DNA from: Candidatus Peribacteria bacterium
GTDB taxonomy: Bacteria; Patescibacteriota; Gracilibacteria; Peribacterales; Peribacteraceae
DNA length: 50,729 nucleotides
Direction of reading: 5' to 3'
Assembly (NCBI GenBank): GCA_943355155.1
Contig: CALREJ010000003.1
Location: 1-50,729 of the forward strand
How positions within the stretch are numbered: position 1 is the stretch's first letter; each line of letters begins with the position of its first letter. Shown piece after piece: positions 18,473 to 26,992 of the stretch. The position numbers were made by a program, and so were the translations under genes. The notes below the pieces were generated by a model that ran no database searches, had not been told where the DNA came from, and worked only from the letters and a program-made list of their open reading frames with translations.

Positions 18473-19870
18473 CTACGCTGCTTTTCGCCGTTCATCAAAA
18501 ACCTCCGGAATCTTCACCATCGTTTTTACTTGCCCACTGTCCAGCTCGATGTCCAACACATCATCTGTACGCCCGTCGGTATAAGGCATCACGATTTTTT
18601 GAATGGTGCCATAGCAATTGCATTTTGGTAAAAAAACTCTCGAACCAATCCGCAAATCGGGAATGTGTTCGTGCTTCGCTTTCACACCAATCACTCTTCC
18701 GTCTTTTTTGATAAAAATATTGTACATTCCGCCGCTTCCATCCATTTCATATTCGCAACCGGGTTCCGGATAAAAATGCCTCATTCCAAGCGTCACAGTC
18801 TCCCGACTAGGATCATACTGTGGATCAAAAGTATTCGGCCTCTCAGAATTGCCATCCATCTGCAAGCTATAGGGAATATTACTGATCCCCATTGCGCCTG
18901 CGACACATCTGGCTATCACTTTTCCTGATCGCCCATTAGGGGTTTCTTTTCCCGGTGATAATTCCGACACGCCCATACCGATGACCGGCAAATGATGTCC
19001 GATTTGCTCAAACAAATCGTAGCCTTGTTCTGCAGGCATGCCATTTGGATTATCCATGACGGCAGCAGGGACCTCTTCTTGTCGAAACACATCGGCATCG
19101 AGCTCTACCCACGCTTTGCCTCCTTTTGCTTTCAACCGCTCACCAAGATTTGCTATTGCACCACTCGCTTTTTCTGGAATTAAGTCTGGGCCAGAGGATG
19201 CTTTCATATCGCGCATCGTAAAACACTGCGTTCCCTGTTTCACCAATTCCTGAAGAAATGTGAGTTCCGTTTTTTCTCTGCCTTTTGGATTATCTATGGC
19301 ATTCAAACCCACGTAGATGACATTCTCAGGTTTCAGAAAAGGCGCTCCTTTCATCAGAGCAAGTAATTCCTCTGGTCCATGACCAAGAAGGACAGCAGAA
19401 ACCATTCCATGTATGTCCCCTGTGAGTGATGTCTCGGGAGTGTTTGCATCCGGATGCGCATCCACCCATACGAGGCCGAGTTCAATACCTTGTTCATGAC
19501 ACCAGCGAAGAGCACCAATCACATCCAAACCACGCACATGATTCCCACCCAATGAAAGAACGCGCTCACCTCTCGAAAGTGCTTGCTCTACATGATCTGC
19601 GGCCTCTGCAGTACTTCGAACAATCTGGCGAAGCTTGTTCATTTTTGGATCATTACCTGTTTCCTCCATATCATCAAAATTAACGACACCGACATCTCGA
19701 ATTCGCATCTGCGTTCCGGCTAATGCATCATGGATGCGTCTCCCCAAAACAAACAAGCCTCCATTTTTACTCGAAACGCCGCCGCCCCCGTCATCTGCGT
19801 TGTTATGCAGAATAGCAAGTTTCTCACCCGTGAGATCTTGATTTGCGCTTGATTCGAGGTTGCTAGACAC
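18473..19870 (-). CDS. Arginase/ureohydrolase-family protein with a C-terminal extension
   Basis: LGGNH, WVDAHPD, DIHGM, DAD and SELSP match arginase metal and catalytic positions. GTG 19870 lies 6 nt after TATAAT. Confidence 0.85.
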   Translation of the reverse strand: MSSNLESSANQDLTGEKLAILHNNADDGGGGVSSKNGGLFVLGRRIHDALAGTQMRIRDVGVVNFDDMEETGNDPKMNKLRQIVRSTAEAADHVEQALSRGERVLSLGGNHVRGLDVIGALRWCHEQGIELGLVWVDAHPDANTPETSLTGDIHGMVSAVLLGHGPEELLALMKGAPFLKPENVIYVGLNAIDNPKGREKTELTFLQELVKQGTQCFTMRDMKASSGPDLIPEKASGAIANLGERLKAKGGKAWVELDADVFRQEEVPAAVMDNPNGMPAEQGYDLFEQIGHHLPVIGMGVSELSPGKETPNGRSGKVIARCVAGAMGISNIPYSLQMDGNSERPNTFDPQYDPSRETVTLGMRHFYPEPGCEYEMDGSGGMYNIFIKKDGRVIGVKAKHEHIPDLRIGSRVFLPKCNCYGTIQKIVMPYTDGRTDDVLDIELDSGQVKTMVKIPEVFDERRKAA

Positions 19871-19950
19871 ATAAATATTATACATTATTTTCGTATATTG
19901 GTATAGTACCGGAAATGGGCAGATCAAGAGAATCGCGTTAGAATTCAAAC

Positions 19951-20550
19951 ATGCCAACAGATCAAACCCTGATCTCCACCTTCCTCAAAAAACACAGCAT
20001 TTTTGATGCAGCAGAAGTAGATCGCATCACAAAACTCGCAAATGCAGTCTCCACCATTCCTTGGGGCGAAGGGCGAACGATTGAGGAAGTGCTGAGTACG
20101 AAAGGTGTCGGCACATGTACAGGAAAGCATCTGGTGCTACAAAAGTGCTTCGACGCACTGGGGATCGTGTGGAGACCGGTTGTCTGTACATTCAGGTGGA
20201 GTGAACAGGGATTACATCTTCCAGAGCATCTCGAAAAAATTCTACAAGAAGGCGAATGGGAACATGGGCATAATTTCGTTCAGGTGCAGAATCAAAACAC
20301 AAAACAATGGATCGATGTCGATGTCACGTGGGACCCCCCTCTCGCTGCATTCGGATTTTTGGTTCTTCCGCAGTCGTGGAATGGAGAAACTTCATCCCTT
20401 GGGATGCGAACACTACTACAAAGATGGGACAACGCCTCGATTGCGGATAAAAAGAAGGAGCTCATTGCATCACTGAGTGAAGAGCAGCAAGAACGTCGTG
20501 AACGCTTTCTGCATGCATTCATCGAATGGATCTCGACGCTTCGAAAGTGA
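19951..20550 (+). CDS. Transglutaminase-like (Cys-His-Asp) protein
   Basis: GTCTGKH, HGHNF and WIDVDVTWD. Confidence 0.75.
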   Translation: MPTDQTLISTFLKKHSIFDAAEVDRITKLANAVSTIPWGEGRTIEEVLSTKGVGTCTGKHLVLQKCFDALGIVWRPVVCTFRWSEQGLHLPEHLEKILQEGEWEHGHNFVQVQNQNTKQWIDVDVTWDPPLAAFGFLVLPQSWNGETSSLGMRTLLQRWDNASIADKKKELIASLSEEQQERRERFLHAFIEWISTLRK

Positions 20551-20622
20551 TGCATGCGCAAAAATCTTAGCTTTAAAACATCCCCTTGAATTTCAGAAAT
20601 GCTCTGACTAGAGTGTGAGCCT

Positions 20623-21126
20623 ATGACACCTATGAACCTCGCTAGCGGATTTGGACATCTCTTTAGTCACGCGCCACAGGAAAGACCTGACACCCCAAAG
20701 CCTGCAACTCCTGCAGTGCCGGCAGTGCCATCAACAACACCTGTGACCCCTGCTCCTACTTTACCAGCAGCAACGCCTACTGTTGCAGCAGTGACCGCGA
20801 CGCCCACAGTAACTGCACCGACGACAACTCCGGCAACCGCGCCATCGGCTTTTGGTAGTCTGGGAGATGCGCAACCAACACCTCCTCTATTGCAATCGAC
20901 TCCTACAAAAGCAAAAGAAGCTCAAAAAAAAGCTTCCAAGAAGACAAAGCCAAAGAAGATTGCGAAGAAGGCTAAAAAGCCGGCAAAGAAAATGAAAGCA
21001 AAAAAGGTTGCTGCTAAGAAGAAAAAAACAGCCCCTAAGAAAAAGGCAAAACCAGCAAAGAAAAAAGTGAGGCCTGTGAAAAAAGTGAAGACGACAAAGA
21101 AGGCTAAAGGAAAGAAGAGACGATAA
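20623..21126 (+). CDS. Histone H1-like low-complexity basic protein
   Basis: Pro/Thr/Ala-rich N half; Lys/Ala-rich C half with PAKK/KKAK repeats. Confidence 0.7.
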   Translation: MTPMNLASGFGHLFSHAPQERPDTPKPATPAVPAVPSTTPVTPAPTLPAATPTVAAVTATPTVTAPTTTPATAPSAFGSLGDAQPTPPLLQSTPTKAKEAQKKASKKTKPKKIAKKAKKPAKKMKAKKVAAKKKKTAPKKKAKPAKKKVRPVKKVKTTKKAKGKKRR

Positions 21127-21138
21127 AAAATTTCGTAG

Positions 21139-21170
21139 AGATGTCCCGCCGGTTCGGGACGTCTTTTTTT
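21139..21170 (+). terminator. Intrinsic terminator
   Basis: AGATGTCCCG-ccggtt-CGGGACGTCT followed by a T-run. Confidence 0.85.
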
Positions 21171-21266
21171 GAGTAAACGTAATGCATTGCAATTGCAGTG
21201 GGGGTCAAGTGCTTTTCACATTTTGAAGAGTGTAGAGTGCAGAAAATTCCTTCCACCACCATTCTC

Positions 21267-22982
21267 ATGATAAAAAAACTTGCTGCCCTCTCTATGGTTG
21301 TTGCAATTGTTTTGCTTGGTCTCATTATTACCAATTCTTTATCCACCACTCCTGCTAGTCCGACTCCTTTTGATCAGCCAAAATTAGCTGGGCAGGTGCA
21401 AACAGGGGGGAATGAAACCAGACCAAGTATCCTCGGCAACGGCACGAATAACTCTTTCAGTCCAAATGCACTGGGTACGTCTCCGGCATTGCTGTTTGCA
21501 AAGACCATCATCAACCAAAAACCAATCTCCACTCTCCCAGTAACTGCCGCGGTTCGACCGTCAGTACGCAGTAAAAATCTGTTAATGCGAAACAATGAAA
21601 TCGCCCTACTCGTGCCGGGTACCACAACTACGGACGTAGGATTTTTTGATACCGTCACTGGAGTCTTGAAAAGACAATTTCCAACAACGCTTAAGAAAAC
21701 AACGAGAGGAGAATACAACATAACCGGATCAGAGGGCCGGTCACTAAGGCCGGGAGAATTTGCTTCCAGTTGGACCGAGGATAACCATTTGCACTTTGGA
21801 TCGGACGGAGACTTTAGTGAACAGGCTGACTACGATGCGCTCACCGGCGCAACGAGGACAAAATATGATCGTGTTAGCGGAGCAAATATGCGCAGCTTAA
21901 TAACCGTCGCGGACGGAAATCCATGGGCATTTATGGGTTACTGGGGTCATGTCAGTACGGCCAAACACGTTTCTATATTTCCGACTGATGGACAGTTGAC
22001 TGCCAAATCGCTGTTATTGCCGGGCGGCGATACAAACTTGGGATATTTTTTGAATCTTCCGACGATACTCGTTTCGGGTCCAAGTTTGTTTACCATTGGC
22101 CCACAGCGCAAAACTGCAAATGGCTTGGGGTATCCCGGAATCCAAGTAAGGAGTGCGGAGATGAAAGGAATGACGCCCACCGCTGCAAACCAAGCCTTTA
22201 AACCAAATGTCGGGTGGTTTTATCAAGATACAACTACTTCGATGAACCTAGATACCGATTCTTTTTCGGCGATCAAACCATTTTGTCTCACAGATAAATT
22301 CACACTCGTCCTCTCACAACCCCACGACGCAAACGGCTACGCCACTGTCACTTCACCTATACAACTAACTGCTCTTAATAAAAACACGGGCGCTCTTCAG
22401 TTTAAATCACCACTCACTATCACATCAGCAGGGATTGCAGTGGGTCAAGGCATGCTTAACTGGGCTCCTCAACTTGCCTGTGTCCCCGGCACAAACGAAT
22501 ATGCCGCTGTATTTTTGCCAGAACCCGCGTTTGGTGGTCAGGCTGGTATGACCAATCCCGATGCCTCCGCTAATCCTCGACTGACAGTGTTTGATGTCAA
22601 CAATAAGAGAGTGCTGTGGACGTACCAATATCCAAAGGGCACAACAAATCTTGCAAAAGCATATGGCATGGCTGCCGACACAAAAATGTTCGTTGCGGGA
22701 AACCACATCTACATTGCCTATCTCAGAACCGCGAGTGGTCCTCAGCTCCCCACCTATATCACGCAAAATGAATACACGCTTGTCGTCAAAATGGATCGAT
22801 TTAGTCTCTTAACAGGAGCGAAGAATTCCTACTCTTACCCGATTCCTATCAAAGGAAATACGTCTCAGCTGAATGACTTTGCCATTGTGAATGGCATTGC
22901 GTACGTGCTTGCTACCATACGAGATGTCAGAACTCCACTTCCATATACGGGAGGAGCACAGGTGCTGATGGCGATTAAATAG
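21267..22982 (+). CDS. Secreted or membrane-anchored hypothetical protein, possibly beta-propeller (PQQ-like)
   Basis: N-terminal hydrophobic helix; Thr/Gly-rich; repeated D..TG / N..TG turns. Start moved to ATG 21267. Confidence 0.7.
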   Translation: MIKKLAALSMVVAIVLLGLIITNSLSTTPASPTPFDQPKLAGQVQTGGNETRPSILGNGTNNSFSPNALGTSPALLFAKTIINQKPISTLPVTAAVRPSVRSKNLLMRNNEIALLVPGTTTTDVGFFDTVTGVLKRQFPTTLKKTTRGEYNITGSEGRSLRPGEFASSWTEDNHLHFGSDGDFSEQADYDALTGATRTKYDRVSGANMRSLITVADGNPWAFMGYWGHVSTAKHVSIFPTDGQLTAKSLLLPGGDTNLGYFLNLPTILVSGPSLFTIGPQRKTANGLGYPGIQVRSAEMKGMTPTAANQAFKPNVGWFYQDTTTSMNLDTDSFSAIKPFCLTDKFTLVLSQPHDANGYATVTSPIQLTALNKNTGALQFKSPLTITSAGIAVGQGMLNWAPQLACVPGTNEYAAVFLPEPAFGGQAGMTNPDASANPRLTVFDVNNKRVLWTYQYPKGTTNLAKAYGMAADTKMFVAGNHIYIAYLRTASGPQLPTYITQNEYTLVVKMDRFSLLTGAKNSYSYPIPIKGNTSQLNDFAIVNGIAYVLATIRDVRTPLPYTGGAQVLMAIK

Positions 22983-23132
22983 TTTCAATCTGAATATTTC
23001 CTTGCGTAGAGACGTGCGGAGCGCACGTCTTTTTCGTTATACACAAACAACAGAGACGTCCCACTGGGTCGTCTCTACGAAAATGGAATTGAATTGTCCT
23101 CGCTGATTGTTTGACGCTACGATGGAATACGT

Positions 23133-24194
23133 ATGCACACACGCGCTCTCCCCAAAGACACCGATCCCCTGCAGGCGGCCAAGGATGCGGGGCTTCATTA
23201 TGTGAGTGACTCGACACCGGGAATTTCGAGACAAAAAAAGGGTGGAAGCTTTTCTTATAAAGATCAGCATGGAAAAAATATTTCCGATCGCACGACGCTC
23301 GAGCGCATTGAAGGCATCGTGATCCCTCCCGCATGGAAAGACGTATGGATTTGCCCCTCCCCGCTCGGACATATTCAGGCAACAGGGAGAGATGAGCGCG
23401 GACGAAAGCAATATCGATACCACGAGCATTGGCAGACTCTCCGGAACCATACCAAGTTTGATAAGATCGTTTCTTTTGGATTCGTACTGCCAAAAATTCG
23501 CATGCAGATTCATGAAGATTTACATGGAAGTGATCTCACAGAAAAAAGATTACTCGCAGCGATCGTGCATTTACTCGATGTCACACACATGCGTGTCGGC
23601 AACGAAGAATACGCAAAGGAAAATCATTCATACGGACTCACGACTCTCCAAAATCGCCATGTGAAGCTGCACGGCAATGAAATCCGTTTTCGGTTCAGTG
23701 GCAAGAGTGGCGTGCATCAGGATATTGATATTCACGACACGCGACTTGCGAATGTGATTAGGGATTGTCAGGAGATTTCCGGTCATGAACTCTTTCATTA
23801 CCTCGATGAAACGAGTGAATGGAAGCCTGTGCATTCGGATCAAGTAAATGCGTATATTCAAAACATCGCCAAAGAACATTTCAGTGCAAAGGATTTTCGC
23901 ACGTGGGGAGGAACGGTGAGCGCGGCAGGATCATTTGTAGACTTGGGTGAAAAGGAAGGTACGCAAATGAAGAAGGCTATTGTGGAAGCCGTAAAACGCG
24001 CAGCCAGCGCACTGGGAAATCGTCCCGCCACCTGTAAAAAATACTATATCGATCCACGAATTATTGTTGCCTATATCGAGCAAGAACTCTGCAGTACTCT
24101 CGAAAAATATCTGAAAGAAAAATCTCAAAAAAGCGACCATGATTTGCATCCACTTGAAAAAGGAGTACACCATGTTTTGCAAAAAAAGCAATAA
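23133..24194 (+). CDS. Bacterial DNA topoisomerase IB
   Basis: IPPAWKDVWI, GRKQYRYH, RVGNE, GKSG, KDFRTW, LGN and the catalytic KYYIDP. Confidence 0.95.
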   Translation: MHTRALPKDTDPLQAAKDAGLHYVSDSTPGISRQKKGGSFSYKDQHGKNISDRTTLERIEGIVIPPAWKDVWICPSPLGHIQATGRDERGRKQYRYHEHWQTLRNHTKFDKIVSFGFVLPKIRMQIHEDLHGSDLTEKRLLAAIVHLLDVTHMRVGNEEYAKENHSYGLTTLQNRHVKLHGNEIRFRFSGKSGVHQDIDIHDTRLANVIRDCQEISGHELFHYLDETSEWKPVHSDQVNAYIQNIAKEHFSAKDFRTWGGTVSAAGSFVDLGEKEGTQMKKAIVEAVKRAASALGNRPATCKKYYIDPRIIVAYIEQELCSTLEKYLKEKSQKSDHDLHPLEKGVHHVLQKKQ

Positions 24195-24336
24195 TCAAAA
24201 CCAAGAAAATATCATCAAAACATTGTTCATAGTTTCAGCAAGTTCTGATGCATAGGCAGGAATTATATTTTCTGTTATACTAATCAGATTTTTGAAGCAA
24301 AAAAAGAAAACGCTCAAAAACAAACACGAAACATAC

Positions 24337-25545
24337 ATGTCACTTCACACACTCATGTTTGGCTGGGAATACCCACCACTCCACTCGGGAGGTTTGGGAG
24401 TTGCCTGTCAGGGGCTCGTGAAGGGGCTTTTGAAAAACGGCACACAGGTGACACTCGTCTTACCGACATCGAACATTACGGCGTCTGAAGGTGAGATGCT
24501 TCGGGGACCTGCGGATGAGATGCCTATCATTCGTTTTGTGAAAAGCACCCTGCGTCCGTACGAGGGGCTCGATGAATACGCGTCGCGCATGCACTTCGAA
24601 GTTGCCGGAGAAAATATTCAAGATCTCTATGGCCCAGATCTCGGTGAAGCGGTCGAACGATTTTCCCAAATGAGCGTCCACATGACGCAGGACGTGAACG
24701 CCGATGTCGTCCACTGTCACGACTGGATGACCTACGGTGCGGGAGTACGCGCAAGCCAGTATCACCGTGTCCCGCTCGTCGCACACATTCACGCAACCGA
24801 GCTCGATCGCACGGATTTTCACCCGAACCAATGGATTGCAGATCGTGAGCGCGCAGGGATGCTCGCTGCTGACCGCGTGATCGCCGTGAGTCAGTACACA
24901 AAAAATATCATCACCAAGCACTACGGCATTCCCGCAGACAAAGTGACGGTCGTTCACAATGGTCACGATCAACATCATGTCATCCACCGCGTACCAAGCG
25001 ACACCCTCAAGCGTCCCCCGCTGGTTCTGTTTCTCGGACGACTCACTGTTCAAAAAAACCCATGGCAGTTTTTGCAGATCGCACGTGCAATTCATGACAC
25101 GAGGCCGGACGTACAATTTGTCATGGCAGGCGAAGGCGGCATGTTGCAGGGACTCATCGACGAAGCCTGCACCCTCGGACTCAGCGACTGCGTGGTATTC
25201 ACGGGAAAAGTAAAACGCGAAGAAGCAACAGCCCTCTACAAACAAGCAAACTGTTTTGTGATGCCCTCGATCAGCGAACCGTTCGGACTCGTCGCACTCG
25301 AAGCAATCGCGCACGGCGTTCCTGTTGTACTCAGCAAACAATCCGGCGCCGCGGAAGTGATCGACCATGCATTTACCTCTGACTTCTGGGACACGGAACG
25401 CTTCGCAGATTGCATCCTAACGATCCTCCGAGAGAAACCACTGGCGCAGCAATTGATTTCAGAAGCCCCACGCGTCCTCCAGCGACTCAGCTGGAAAAAC
25501 CAATCCGGCGCCGTGATGAATGTCTACAACGACCTAATCTCCTAA
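24337..25545 (+). CDS. GT4-family glycosyltransferase (glycogen synthase-like)
   Basis: GWEYPP..SGGLG, HCHDW, HIHATE and EPFGLVALEA. Start moved to ATG 24337. Confidence 0.93.
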   Translation: MSLHTLMFGWEYPPLHSGGLGVACQGLVKGLLKNGTQVTLVLPTSNITASEGEMLRGPADEMPIIRFVKSTLRPYEGLDEYASRMHFEVAGENIQDLYGPDLGEAVERFSQMSVHMTQDVNADVVHCHDWMTYGAGVRASQYHRVPLVAHIHATELDRTDFHPNQWIADRERAGMLAADRVIAVSQYTKNIITKHYGIPADKVTVVHNGHDQHHVIHRVPSDTLKRPPLVLFLGRLTVQKNPWQFLQIARAIHDTRPDVQFVMAGEGGMLQGLIDEACTLGLSDCVVFTGKVKREEATALYKQANCFVMPSISEPFGLVALEAIAHGVPVVLSKQSGAAEVIDHAFTSDFWDTERFADCILTILREKPLAQQLISEAPRVLQRLSWKNQSGAVMNVYNDLIS

Positions 25546-25596
25546 TTCCTAATTCCTAAGTCCTAAGTCCTAACTCCTAGTTCCTAACTCCTAATT
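25541..25596 (+). repeat. Degenerate heptamer tandem repeat CCTA(A/G)NT x8
   Basis: cctaatt cctaatt cctaagt cctaagt cctaact cctagtt cctaact cctaatt fills the intergenic space. Confidence 0.9.
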
Positions 25597-25598
25597 AT

Positions 25599-26945
25599 AT
25601 GGCCCCGCTCGTCTGCTTCTACTTCCAGGTTCACCAACCCTACCGACTCCGCGACCTGCGTGTCCGTGAGATCGGCACCGGTGATATCACTTACTTCGAT
25701 GAAGAGAAAAATCGCGCGATCTTCCGCAAGGTTGCCGAGAAGTGCTACCTGCCGACGAACAAGATGATGCTCGATCTCCTCAATCATCATCCAAACTTCG
25801 CGATCTCGTATTCGCTCTCCGGTGTCTTTCTCGATCAATGTAAGGAGTACGGACCGGACGTCCTCGATTCGTTCAAGGCACTCGCTGCGACAGGACGTGT
25901 GGAATTTTTGGCAGAGACGTATTACCACTCACTGAGTTCGATCAAGTCACTCGCGGAATTTTGTAAGCAGGTCACGAAACACGTGAACACGATCAAAGAA
26001 CTTTTCGGGCAAACACCGAAAGTATTTCGTAACACAGAACTGATTTTCAATAACGAAATCGCGCAGATTGCACGCCTCATGGGATTTGAAGGAATTATCG
26101 CCGAAGGCGCAGATCACCTGCTTGGGCACAGAAGCCCAAACGTCCCCTACAGTCCTCCGAATTTCCGCATGAGTCCCGAAAAAGAACGCATCATCCGAGA
26201 TAACCGACCTCTCCCGATGCGAAGCTCCGAGATTCATATCTTACTCAAAAACTATCGCCTGAGTGACGACATCGCATTTCGCTTTTCGGACAGAAACTGG
26301 GCAGCATTTCCGCTCTATGCCGACACCTACACGCACTGGCTCGACGGAAACGAAGGCCACAGCATTAACCTGTTCATGGACTACGAAACCTTCGGGGAAC
26401 ACCAGTGGGAAGCAACGGGAATTTTCGATTTCATGCGCTCACTCCCCTATAAACTGGAACAAAAAAATATCGGTACGGCGACGCCCTCCGAGGTGTTGAA
26501 GAGATGGAAAGATGCCGATCACACGGACACGTACGACGTGCATAACATCATCTCATGGGCAGACACCGAACGTGACCTATCTGCATGGCAGGGAAATCAC
26601 ATTCAGCGTTCCGCACTCGATGCGCTCTATGCCATGGAAGACGCAGTGAAGGCAACGAATGACGCCGAGATTTTGGAGACATGGCGCAAGCTCCAGACCT
26701 CTGACCACTTCTATTACATGTGTACCAAGTACTGGAGCGACGGCGATGTGCACAAATATTTCAGCCCCTACGATTCGCCCTACGAAGCCTACCGCCGCTT
26801 CAGCCACGCCCTTTGTGACCTGAAAGCCCGCGTGAGCGGAACATCAGGAACAACGGTACGGACGAAGAAAATTCGATCTGCAACAAAATCAATCCCCATG
26901 AATAAAAAAAATAAAAATCTAGCAACGAGCCAACTAGCCAACTAG
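25599..26945 (+). CDS. Glycoside hydrolase family 57 (alpha-amylase-like)
   Basis: FQVHQP, ETYYHSL, FRNTE (nucleophile), MDYETFGEH (acid/base) and QTSDHFYY. Confidence 0.95.
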   Translation: MAPLVCFYFQVHQPYRLRDLRVREIGTGDITYFDEEKNRAIFRKVAEKCYLPTNKMMLDLLNHHPNFAISYSLSGVFLDQCKEYGPDVLDSFKALAATGRVEFLAETYYHSLSSIKSLAEFCKQVTKHVNTIKELFGQTPKVFRNTELIFNNEIAQIARLMGFEGIIAEGADHLLGHRSPNVPYSPPNFRMSPEKERIIRDNRPLPMRSSEIHILLKNYRLSDDIAFRFSDRNWAAFPLYADTYTHWLDGNEGHSINLFMDYETFGEHQWEATGIFDFMRSLPYKLEQKNIGTATPSEVLKRWKDADHTDTYDVHNIISWADTERDLSAWQGNHIQRSALDALYAMEDAVKATNDAEILETWRKLQTSDHFYYMCTKYWSDGDVHKYFSPYDSPYEAYRRFSHALCDLKARVSGTSGTTVRTKKIRSATKSIPMNKKNKNLATSQLAN

Positions 26946-26988
26946 CCAACTCCTCCGTCTACTCACTCCCACCTACTCACTACTCACT
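26919..26988 (+). repeat. Degenerate 8-mer and 7-mer tandem repeats
   Basis: CTAGCCAA-like units followed by CTACTCA-like units across the GH57/GH15 junction. Confidence 0.75.
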
Positions 26989-26992
26989 GAAT

